8,170 nt of DNA, taken from NCBI GenBank assembly GCA_038735675.1, contig JAVYNJ010000019.1, forward strand, positions 1 through 8,170, written 5' to 3'. Below, in pieces: positions 1 to 7,155 of the stretch. The notes beneath the pieces are model-generated. The model saw only the letters and a list, made by a program, of their open reading frames with translations, was not told the origin of the DNA and did not search any database. Position numbers and translations under genes: made by a program. Numbering within the stretch: position 1 is the first letter of the stretch; each line of letters begins with the position of its first letter. Origin of the DNA: Nanopusillaceae archaeon. GTDB taxonomy: Archaea > Nanobdellota > Nanobdellia > Nanobdellales > Nanobdellaceae.

Positions 1-2309
1 CTTTCTTTTGGTAATCCTGTTAATTCTTTAACTGAAATTGTTTGATCTTCTATTTCTACTTTTCCACCTGGCGATACTTCATATTTTTCAACTTTTTCTG
101 TCATTAAGTCTCCTATTACTGTTTCTGGTGATTTTTCTTCTCTTGGTACATAAACTACTGCATAATCTGTGAAGAATGTCTTGTATTTAACAAATAATCC
201 ATTCTCTGTATTTACTGCAATTGTATATTTTACTCCTCCTTCTGTAATATCGACTGATGGTGATGGTACTGTTGCAGGCTCTATATATCCATCATTTCCT
301 AAAATAAATTCTGTACCATTTACTGTTACTTTTCTGTTAGAAGTTATTTCAACTAATCCATTGTTCTTTGTTATGAACCATATATTTATATCTTCAAAAT
401 TATAACTATCTGTATCGAAGGTTAATCTTATTAATCCACTTATAGGTACGTTCGCATTTACTGTTACTTCTTTATCTCCTATCTTTATTTTTCCTATTTC
501 TTCACCACTTTTTCTTCCTAAAACTATTTTTTCTCCAGTTAATACATCTGTAAATTCTACATAAATGTCGCTTCCTCTGACATCTCCAACTACTTCAAAT
601 AATCTTGATGCTACTTTATTACTACCCTCTTTTAATCCTAAGAACAATAGTGTTTTTTGTCTTGGAGCTAATAAGTATTCTCTACCTGTAGGAAAACCAT
701 CTCTCCTTCTGAACCATACCTCTTTATCTTCAAAGGTATAATCACCTTCACTAACCTCGAAGGTTAAAGTAATTTGATTCTTTGAATCATCTACACGTGC
801 TGTTACTGTTACATCTATATTTCCTATCTTTATGCTTCCTAAAGATATATTGTTGGGATCTTCTCCAGATCCTGTCAACTCTATTTCCTCTCCAGTCAAT
901 ACATCTTTAAATGTTACAGTAACATTATATCTATAACTACCACCATCAAGAGATTCATTTGTGTAAGTTCCAGTTACATTAAATAGTCTTGATGCTATTT
1001 CAGGAACAACAAATTCATTTTTTCTTAATCCTAGGAATACTAAGCTACTTGTTCCATTAGATAGAGTAACCGTGGGTGGGAATTGAACACCCTTGAGATT
1101 ATAACGTAGTATTGTCATAGCAAAATATGGATCCGCTGGATATGGATATTTATAATCTCTCGAATATACATAGAGTAATCCATCTTCATCTACAATTAAT
1201 GGTAATTCATATTCTCCAAACTTCAAACTATAATAGTAATATTTCACATTCTCTACTGTTTCACTTCTTACAGATCTAATTTCAACTTGCTCTGATCCTG
1301 GTAATGGTAATGGATAATCTTTAAATACTAATCTGTATCCTCCAAATATTGGTAAATCAAATGAATCTCCAGCAAACAAGTAATCCTTTGTAAATGTTAA
1401 TGTTAATGTTTGTCTATCTTCACTTAATGACCATGTTCCTATTTCATTTCCATTAACATCTTCTATTTTTCCATCCTTTAAAACATATTTTTCTCCTCCA
1501 CCAACTCCCAAAACAACATATGATCTTGTAATATCTAATCTAGATACATATGCATCTACAACAGTTAATTCTAATCCTTCTACTACTTTTGTTTCTCCAG
1601 ATGTTATTTCATATGTCTTTCCTTCTACTTCTAAAACAACATATATTTTATTTTCTCCTAATTTTTCATAAATATCTACTAATTTTACTCTCTTTCCCAA
1701 AATTGTCTTTTCTTCATCGTATCTAACTCTTATTTCTTCTACTGGAATCCTTCTCAACTCTATCTTATTTATACTACTATCTTTATAAACTACTAAGTAA
1801 AAGTCCTTTCCAAATACATTTATCTTTGTATTATTTAATTTATCTATAGAACCGTTAAATGTTATATCTAATTTAAATCCTACATTTTGTAGTTGTAATC
1901 TTCCAGACTCATTCAATCCAAAACTAGTAAAGGTTCCTTCTGAAGATAACTTTACATCATAACTATATACTGTATCATTTACTGTTACTGTTCCATTCCA
2001 AACATTTACTCCACTTGAATAATCGCTTGTCTTATTTTCTACAACAATTGGTCTCTCTAAAACAACTTTTACAGCAGATAAATCAATAGGTTCAACTTTT
2101 GTAGTTAAAGTTTGTAATGCTGCTAATACATCTGCTGCACCAATTACATCTGAGGCCTTTGCATCTTTACCAACTACTACTGTCCATGCATGTGGTTCTG
2201 ATTTTATTGCATCTCTAACTGTTCCTAAGGTTGGTGTGGTTTGAGCTAATACAACTGTACCTAAAGCTATAAGGCTACCAACACCTGCTAAAGTTTTTCG
2301 ATTCATCAT
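1..2309 (-). CDS. Putative S-layer / surface glycoprotein precursor. The N-terminal ~769 codons are present and the C-terminus lies beyond the left edge of the window.
   Basis: Manual translation of the minus strand from ATG at 2309 is open all the way to position 3 with no stop, which is why it is missing from the ORF track. The product begins MMNRKTLAGVGSLIALGTVVLAQTTPTLGTVRDAIKSEPHAWTVVVGKDAKASDVIGAADVLAALQ. This gives a Sec-type signal peptide followed by a VVVGxxAxxxDV(I/V)xAAD(V/I)xAA motif that I recognise from N-termini of archaeal (Methanococcales/Thermococcales-type) S-layer proteins. The rest is rich in T, V, E, K, N and G, contains no Cys, and has 12 N-x-S/T sequons, recurrent VTV strands and two homologous ~95-110 aa domains. 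The function is inferred from motifs, not from a database search. Confidence 0.8.
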   Translation of the reverse strand, partial: MMNRKTLAGVGSLIALGTVVLAQTTPTLGTVRDAIKSEPHAWTVVVGKDAKASDVIGAADVLAALQTLTTKVEPIDLSAVKVVLERPIVVENKTSDYSSGVNVWNGTVTVNDTVYSYDVKLSSEGTFTSFGLNESGRLQLQNVGFKLDITFNGSIDKLNNTKINVFGKDFYLVVYKDSSINKIELRRIPVEEIRVRYDEEKTILGKRVKLVDIYEKLGENKIYVVLEVEGKTYEITSGETKVVEGLELTVVDAYVSRLDITRSYVVLGVGGGEKYVLKDGKIEDVNGNEIGTWSLSEDRQTLTLTFTKDYLFAGDSFDLPIFGGYRLVFKDYPLPLPGSEQVEIRSVRSETVENVKYYYYSLKFGEYELPLIVDEDGLLYVYSRDYKYPYPADPYFAMTILRYNLKGVQFPPTVTLSNGTSSLVFLGLRKNEFVVPEIASRLFNVTGTYTNESLDGGSYRYNVTVTFKDVLTGEEIELTGSGEDPNNISLGSIKIGNIDVTVTARVDDSKNQITLTFEVSEGDYTFEDKEVWFRRRDGFPTGREYLLAPRQKTLLFLGLKEGSNKVASRLFEVVGDVRGSDIYVEFTDVLTGEKIVLGRKSGEEIGKIKIGDKEVTVNANVPISGLIRLTFDTDSYNFEDINIWFITKNNGLVEITSNRKVTVNGTEFILGNDGYIEPATVPSPSVDITEGGVKYTIAVNTENGLFVKYKTFFTDYAVVYVPREEKSPETVIGDLMTEKVEKYEVSPGGKVEIEDQTISVKELTGLPKE
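375..650 (-). repeat. Internal domain repeat copy 2 of the surface protein (~92 aa)
   Basis: Copy 2 reads LLFLGLKEGSNKVASRLFEVVGDVRGSDIYVEFTDVLTGEKIVLGRKSGEEIGKIKIGDKEVTVNANVPISGLIRLTFDTDSYNFEDINIWF. It is collinear with copy 1 apart from three short deletions. Confidence 0.75.
711..1043 (-). repeat. Internal domain repeat copy 1 of the surface protein (~111 aa)
   Basis: Copy 1 reads LVFLGLRKNEFVVPEIASRLFNVTG...VTVTFKDVLTGEEIELTG...LGSIKIGNIDVTVTARVD...ITLTFEVSEGDYTFEDKEVWF. It aligns with copy 2 through the shared blocks FLGL, ASRLF, DVLTGE, IKIG, VTV, LTF, FED and WF. Similarity is still visible in the DNA. One example is ctccagtcaatacatct near 888-904, matching ctccagttaatacatct near 532-548. 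Another is aaatagtcttgatgcta near 981-997, matching aaataatcttgatgcta near 597-613. Confidence 0.75.
2244..2309 (-). other. Predicted Sec signal peptide of the surface protein (22 aa, predicted cleavage after VLA, before QTT)
   Basis: The sequence MMNRK (basic n-region) plus TLAGVGSLIALGTVVLA (hydrophobic h-region ending in small residues) is then followed by the polar QTTPT. The cleavage site was judged by eye only. Confidence 0.55.
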
Positions 2310-2370
2310 AATATATTTATAGCCCTCTTTTATCTTAAAACTTCTAGCCATGAATATATAAAGATATCCC

Positions 2371-2380
2371 TATTTTTAAA
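2371..2380 (-). promoter_or_regulatory. Candidate archaeal TATA box (TTTAAAAATA) with a purine-rich BRE-like GGGGAATAGA just upstream, for the surface-protein gene
   Basis: The minus strand reads GGGGAATAGATTTAAAAATAGGGATATC. The box centre is about 26 nt upstream of the in-frame ATG at 2351 and about 67 nt upstream of the ATG at 2309. A second TATA-like TTTATATA sits at 2355-2362. In sequence this AT-rich such matches arise by chance, so confidence is low. Confidence 0.35.
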
Positions 2381-2413
2381 TCTATTCCCCTTTGATAATC
2401 ATTTGTAACTACT

Positions 2414-4300
2414 TTATGGTAATAAATTATTTTTTCTCAATATTTCAATAATAATATTATATAACTTTCCAGAATCAAACCTTCCTTTAACTACTTTAGA
2501 TACCTCACTCATCATAATATTTAATGCCTTATCTCTCTTCTTCAATATATTTTCAATATTTTTATTAAAGATCTCCTCAACAATTTTCAAAACCTCTTCA
2601 TAAGATAAAGAAAATAAATTCTTTTCTTTAACAATTTCAAAAATATTTTTCTTTGTTTTACAATATTCAATTAAAATTTCGTTTATAGAATCTTTAGATA
2701 TTTTATTCTCATTTAAAAGTTCAAATATTTGATAAAATATTTCATCTGGAATTTCATCAACATTATATCCTTCCCTCCTCAAATATCTCAAATTATTAAC
2801 TAATATATTTGCAATTAATTTTGGTTCTATGTTTTTATATTTTTTAACTAAATCTTCAAACAAACTTAATCTAATATCATTTATTATCTCATTTGCCAAT
2901 TCCTTACTCAATCCATATTCTTTTATAAATCTATCAAACTTTCTATCAATTGGTTCTGGTAAATATTTATCACACTCTTTCAAAATTTCTTCATTAATAA
3001 TTATTGGTTGTATATCTGTTTCTGGATACATTCTAGATGCCCCTGGTCTTGGTCTCATAAATTTTGTAGTACCATCTAAATTTGCAGCCCTAGTTTCTTC
3101 AGGAATTCTATCAAAAGCAATTTTTATTCTCTCTAAAACAATTTTTAATGCATTTTCAGCCCTTTCTTTTATATCTGCAATTAAAATAAATGCATCTTCT
3201 TCACTTAAATTCAAATATTTATATATTTTATTTACTTCTTCTTCACTTATTCCATAATTTGGTAATTCATCTGAATGGAATAGTCCTTTAACACCATATA
3301 ATTTGGCATAATCTGATAACTCTGTTCCAAATCTTCTTCCAGGTTGCAATTCTTTCCCTAAAATTCCCTTAAATTTTTTTAATCTAATTGCCAAAACCTT
3401 TCCATTATTTTTTAAAGCATTTTGAATAATTTTTGATTTAGAATCTTTCATTATTTCTGTTATATCATAAATATTTTCATCCAATTCTTCCTTCCTTAAT
3501 CTTCTATTCAATTCTTCTTTTATTTCCAATAACCTTAATTGTCTCATAACTTCATATTCAATGACTTTTGGAATTAATGATAAATATTGTACACCTTTTA
3601 TTTCTGTTTTTGCACCATTCTTTATACTTATATTAATATCCTGTCTAATACTTCCTAAAACTCTTTTTGCCTTACCTGTCAATAAAATTGATTGGCCAAT
3701 CCTTTTAGCAACTTTCTCAGCTTCATATGGATCTTCTATATCAGGAGATGTTGCAACTTCAATTAATGGAACACCTAATCTATCTAAATTATATACAATA
3801 ACATTTTCCTTTTCTTCAACTTTTCTTGCAGCATCTTCCTCTAAACATAAACTTTGAATACCATATTTTTTGCCATCAATTTCAATATAACCATTTATAC
3901 CAATTAAAGCTGTTCTTTGAAAACCTGAAACATTACTCCCATCAATAACAATTTTCCTCATAACATAGATTTCGTCCGGAATTCTCATATTAAAGAATTT
4001 TGCTAATGCTAATGAAATTAAAAGTGCTTCTTTATTTATTTCTTTTGGTGGTTCTTCATCAGATTCAATTAAACATGTATTTTCAGTAAATATATATTCA
4101 TATTTTCTTCCCTTTTCCCATTCAAATTTTGCAGCAGGATCTATTTCACCTAATTCACTTAATGAAGGTCTTAATTCCCTTATAAATCTAATTTTATCAT
4201 TTCCAAATTCTGTTGGACAATCGCAAAATAATTTTTTATCTGTATCTAATTGAACATGAATTTCTAATCCAACTTTTAATCCTATTGATTTATAATCCAT
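2414..4300 (-). CDS. gatE: Glutamyl-tRNA(Gln) amidotransferase subunit E (archaeal GatE)
   Basis: The 628-aa ORF has the typical GatE N-terminus [29 protein letters not shown], a GatB/E catalytic core and a long helical C-terminal tail domain. Its length fits GatE, it lies immediately downstream of gatD, and the two genes overlap. Confidence 0.95.
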   Translation of the reverse strand: [628 protein letters not shown]

Positions 4301-5595
4301 TTTGGATACATATCTAAACTAAGCCTTTCATTTATTTCACCTTCTAAATTCTTCAAATATAGTTCTTTTACTTCTTCTTCATTGAAATTTCCTAATAACC
4401 ATGATAGTTTTACATATGCAACCTCAGGTAACATATCTGAAGAAGGTAAAACACCTGATTTTAATAATAACCTTCCAGTACTATAAACATTCATATTAAT
4501 TCTACCAAACAAACATTGACTTGTCATTGTTACTATAATTCCATTATCAACTAATTCCTTTATTTTTGGTATTATTTCTTCTGAAACATGTCCTAAACCT
4601 GTCCCTTCAATAACCAATCCCTTATATTTCCTTTCAATAAAATAATCTAAAATATTTATATCAAATCCTGGATAAAATTTAATTAAACCTACTTTTTCCT
4701 CAAATTTATTCATTAAAATTGGATCTTTATCAGATCTATAATTAATTATTTTTCCAATTATTTCTATTTCAAATTTGTCTGGATATACTTTAGCAATCGG
4801 ATAATCATTTATTGATTGAAATGCATCTCTTCTACTAGTATGCATTTTTCTTACCTTAACACCTCTATGAACTAAAGAATAGCTATCTGATGTTTCTCCA
4901 TGCATAACAACAACAGATTCTGCAAAATTTGCTTTCAAAGATACAACTATTGCAGATTTTATATTAAAATATGAATCTGTAGATGGTCTGTCAGAACTTC
5001 TCTGTGATCCAACAAATATTATCGGAACATTTTTATTTCTTATTGAAAATGCTAATGCTGAAGATGTATAAGACATTGTATCTGTTCCATGTAAAACAAT
5101 TACCCCATTATCTTTTTTTATTTCATTATAAACTTCCTTTGAAATTATTTCCCAATCTTTTTTTGTCATATTTTCACTAAATTTATTCATTATTTTTCTT
5201 ATATCTAATGAAACAACATCTTTTATTTCTGGAATCATTTTTATTAAATCTTCCGCACTTAATGAAGGATATACAGCCCCTGTTTTATAATCAACTCTTG
5301 AAGCAATTGTTCCACCAGTTGATAAAATACTTACTAATGGTTTATCTTTACTCAAACTTATTTTTTCTTCAACTTTCAAAATTTCTTTCTTAGAAACCAA
5401 ATCTATTTTTGTTTTATCATTAACAGAAATTCCTATATTATATCCATTATCTAATTTAATTACTAAAATATTTTTTCCTTCATAAATTGAATATCTTGGC
5501 ATCAAAACTCCATATATTTCTTCTCCATCAGAAATAACTCTAATTCTATCACCAATTTCAATGCCCTTTTTTTTCAAATCTTCATAAATATTCAT
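4282..5595 (-). CDS. gatD: Glutamyl-tRNA(Gln) amidotransferase subunit D (archaeal GatD, asparaginase-like glutaminase subunit)
   Basis: The 437-aa ORF has a GatD-type N-terminal domain (GDRIRV...YGVLMPR...VIKLDNGYNIGI). This is followed by an L-asparaginase-family core with the threonine motifs LSTGGTIASRVDYKTGAV and LHGTDTMSYTSSALAF, plus PIIFVGSQRSSDRPSTD. Confidence 0.95.
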   Translation of the reverse strand: MNIYEDLKKKGIEIGDRIRVISDGEEIYGVLMPRYSIYEGKNILVIKLDNGYNIGISVNDKTKIDLVSKKEILKVEEKISLSKDKPLVSILSTGGTIASRVDYKTGAVYPSLSAEDLIKMIPEIKDVVSLDIRKIMNKFSENMTKKDWEIISKEVYNEIKKDNGVIVLHGTDTMSYTSSALAFSIRNKNVPIIFVGSQRSSDRPSTDSYFNIKSAIVVSLKANFAESVVVMHGETSDSYSLVHRGVKVRKMHTSRRDAFQSINDYPIAKVYPDKFEIEIIGKIINYRSDKDPILMNKFEEKVGLIKFYPGFDINILDYFIERKYKGLVIEGTGLGHVSEEIIPKIKELVDNGIIVTMTSQCLFGRINMNVYSTGRLLLKSGVLPSSDMLPEVAYVKLSWLLGNFNEEEVKELYLKNLEGEINERLSLDMYPKWIINQ

Positions 5596-5598
5596 TAT

Positions 5599-7125
5599 TT
5601 ATCTTTTTTTAGAAAATTTAATACTTTTTTTCTCAAATTCTATTATTTCTTTTATTAAATCATCTTCATCAGAAATATTTTTTCTTAAGATAGATATGGC
5701 AGAAATATAACTAATTCCTTTGCCAGCATAAACAAACAAAAATTTTTTACCATAATTTTTTAACAATTCTGCAGTAATATTCAATTTTTCTTCATTTTTA
5801 ATATCTTCTTCATATTTTGCAACACCAAAATATTTACCTCCACACTTTTTACATGAAAATTCTTCATAGTCTCTTACTTTTATATTATATTTTGATTTAC
5901 AATTCATACAAACTAAAATAAATTCTGTATCATACAACCTTTCCCTAACTAATTTTATTATTTCTCTCCATTTATCGGATATCAAAACATCTGAAACATA
6001 TTCTTCTAAACCTAGAATTGCTAATGGAGATGGAATTTCATTTAATAATATTTCAACTTCAATTTCTCCATTTTTTATCATCCTTATAACTTTTTTAGTA
6101 TTTTCTATATCTAATTTCTCAACAAAAATTTCATTCAAGGTTTCTTTATAAACTGGTGTATCTATTAAATGTTGTAGAATTCTTCTCAAAGTTGATTTAG
6201 AATAGTCAGCATCTTTTCTTATAACACCAAATCTCTTCGCAACATGGGAAAATTTCCATAAAAATAAATCTGTATTTACAATGGAATATTCTAATATTTT
6301 TTCTATATCTTCAGGTAAACTAATTAAAACATCTTTTATTATTTTTCTATTTATATATCCTGCTTTTAAAATAATTCTATAAGGATCTGTTTTTATTCCA
6401 ACAACAACTCCATATTTTAAAGAAATTATATGAGAAATTATTCTTGATAATGTATCATTTACTTTCGTCCCAAATGGAGAATGTATTATAAACCAATCTT
6501 TGTATTGTTCTATAATAATTTTTTTAGAAGATGGAATAAAGTATCTTTCCTGTCCCTTCAATTCATCTAAATTTAATTTTGATTTAAGATCTTGTGCTTC
6601 CATTGCTACTTCAAATGGAACAGGTAATAGCTCTCCTTCCCATGATGGAATTGCAGATTCAAAATCTCTTTCTAATGAAACATATATTTTGTTTTTTTCT
6701 AATTTTTCAATTTTCCATGGTAATCCTCTTAAAATAAAGACTGTTCCAGGATTACCATGTTTTGCAACAAATTCTTCATGTAAAATTCCAATTTTCATTT
6801 TTGTTGCAATATCAATTACATCATATGATTTTTCATCAGGAATCATTGAAAGATTTTCAACATAATACATATGGCCTTTCCTTGTTTTTATTAATTTCTT
6901 ATTTTCTTTATCATATTTCAATAATTTAATTTCATTTAAGAATTCAATTACTTGTAAAAATTCTTCATAAGTTAAATCCTTATAAACATAACATCTTTTT
7001 ATAGTTTCCCATGCTTTATCTAAATCTATTTCTCCAAAATCAATAGTCAATCCAACAATTTGATTTGAAAGAACATCCAAAGCTTTCCAATGAATTTCTG
7101 GTTTTTCTAGTTTTTCTATTTTCAT
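5599..7125 (-). CDS. Stand-alone C-terminal half of an Lhr-type (large helicase-related) protein: winged-helix, DEAD/H-associated domain and C-terminal zinc ribbon, with no RecA/ATPase core
   Basis: The 508-aa ORF starts with ALDVLSNQIVGL...DLDKAWETIKRCYVYKDLTYEEFLQVIEFL. This matches the (P)LDVLAQQIV...Y..L....F..VL..L block that begins the WH domain right after helicase motif VI in Lhr proteins. It continues with NLSMIPDEKSYDVID...IGILHEEFVAKHGNPGTVFILRGLPWKIEKLEKNKIYVS...IPSWEGELLPVPFEVA, the typical GTIPD / LGELDEEFV / PGDVF.L.GR.WRI / P.W.GE pattern of the DEAD/H-associated domain. No Walker A, DEAD/DExH or motif VI sequences are present. Confidence 0.8.
   Translation of the reverse strand: MKIEKLEKPEIHWKALDVLSNQIVGLTIDFGEIDLDKAWETIKRCYVYKDLTYEEFLQVIEFLNEIKLLKYDKENKKLIKTRKGHMYYVENLSMIPDEKSYDVIDIATKMKIGILHEEFVAKHGNPGTVFILRGLPWKIEKLEKNKIYVSLERDFESAIPSWEGELLPVPFEVAMEAQDLKSKLNLDELKGQERYFIPSSKKIIIEQYKDWFIIHSPFGTKVNDTLSRIISHIISLKYGVVVGIKTDPYRIILKAGYINRKIIKDVLISLPEDIEKILEYSIVNTDLFLWKFSHVAKRFGVIRKDADYSKSTLRRILQHLIDTPVYKETLNEIFVEKLDIENTKKVIRMIKNGEIEVEILLNEIPSPLAILGLEEYVSDVLISDKWREIIKLVRERLYDTEFILVCMNCKSKYNIKVRDYEEFSCKKCGGKYFGVAKYEEDIKNEEKLNITAELLKNYGKKFLFVYAGKGISYISAISILRKNISDEDDLIKEIIEFEKKSIKFSKKR
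5842..5910 (-). other. CX2C-X15-CX2C zinc-ribbon motif within the Lhr C-terminal-half protein (residues 406-428)
   Basis: The motif CMNCKSKYNIKVRDYEEFSCKKCGGKY has four Cys in two CxxC knuckles. It is followed by an ~80-aa tail, FGVAKYEEDIKNEEKLNITAELLKNYGKKFLFVYAGKGISYISAISILRK. Confidence 0.6.
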
Positions 7126-7155
7126 TAAAAAAATTATTTAAAAAAATTAAAAAAA
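7126..7155 (-). terminator. A/T-only 30-nt spacer carrying three T7 runs on the coding (minus) strand. It is a possible oligo-T archaeal terminator for the membrane-protein gene and/or a promoter for the Lhr-C/gatD/gatE unit.
   Basis: The minus strand reads TTTTTTTAATTTTTTTAAATAATTTTTTTA and is then followed by ATG. Oligo-T tracts are the known archaeal intrinsic termination signal. The embedded TTTAAATA lies only 10-17 nt from the ATG, too close for a canonical -26 TATA. TTTTTAAT (7146-7153) would be correctly spaced for a leaderless start. The sequence alone cannot resolve this. Confidence 0.3.

Noticed and set aside
169-405. Plus-strand 78-aa ORF, the only ORF listed by the track in the left 2.3 kb
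   Set aside because: It lies entirely antisense to the long open minus-strand frame, which has a convincing signal peptide and domain structure. Its own translation is low-complexity (F/V/T/S/P-rich) and it has no upstream promoter context. It is a shadow ORF.
375-1043. Direct DNA repeats with a period of about 360 nt, which could suggest a CRISPR array, a satellite or mobile-element ends
   Set aside because: There are only two copies and they are in frame. They are diverged in a codon-wise pattern and translate into homologous protein domains. This is an intragenic domain duplication, not a CRISPR array or an IS element.
1074-1092. A locally GC-rich hairpin, GGGTG-ggaattgaa-CACCC. On the minus strand it reads GGGTG-TTCAATTCC-CACCC, superficially like a tRNA T-arm and of possible interest given split tRNAs in Nanoarchaeota.
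   Set aside because: The loop is 9 nt rather than the canonical 7. I could not build flanking acceptor, D or anticodon arms. The element sits in the middle of an uninterrupted coding frame, encoding LKGVQFPPTV. It is most likely coincidental.
2829-3857. Plus-strand ORFs 2829..3257 (142 aa) and 3561..3857 (98 aa)
   Set aside because: Both are antisense within gatE, whose identity is unambiguous. Their products are S/F/L/I-rich low-complexity strings typical of reverse-frame translation of AT-rich genes.
4983-5393. Plus-strand ORFs 4983..5180 (65 aa) and 5208..5393 (61 aa)
   Set aside because: They are antisense within gatD, short and low in complexity, and nothing supports them as independent genes.
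6500-6865. Plus-strand ORF 6500..6865 (121 aa)
   Set aside because: It is antisense within the Lhr C-terminal-half gene, which has strong family motifs across exactly this region. It is a shadow ORF.
2414-7125. The possibility that the Lhr-C / GatD / GatE cluster is a novel defence or toxin-antitoxin-like system, given that it pairs a helicase-related protein with amidase-fold proteins
   Set aside because: GatD and GatE carry the complete, canonical motifs and lengths of the housekeeping archaeal amidotransferase that archaea need for Gln-tRNA synthesis. The third gene is a fragment of a widespread helicase. No nuclease, sensor or mobile-element context is present. Genome compaction is the simpler explanation.
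7135-7142. A perfect TTTAAATA box on the minus strand just upstream of the Lhr-C ATG
   Set aside because: It lies only 10-17 nt from the ATG, so a canonical spacing of about 26 nt would put the transcription start inside the ORF, where no alternative start codon is nearby. In a 30-nt A/T-only spacer this match is expected by chance.
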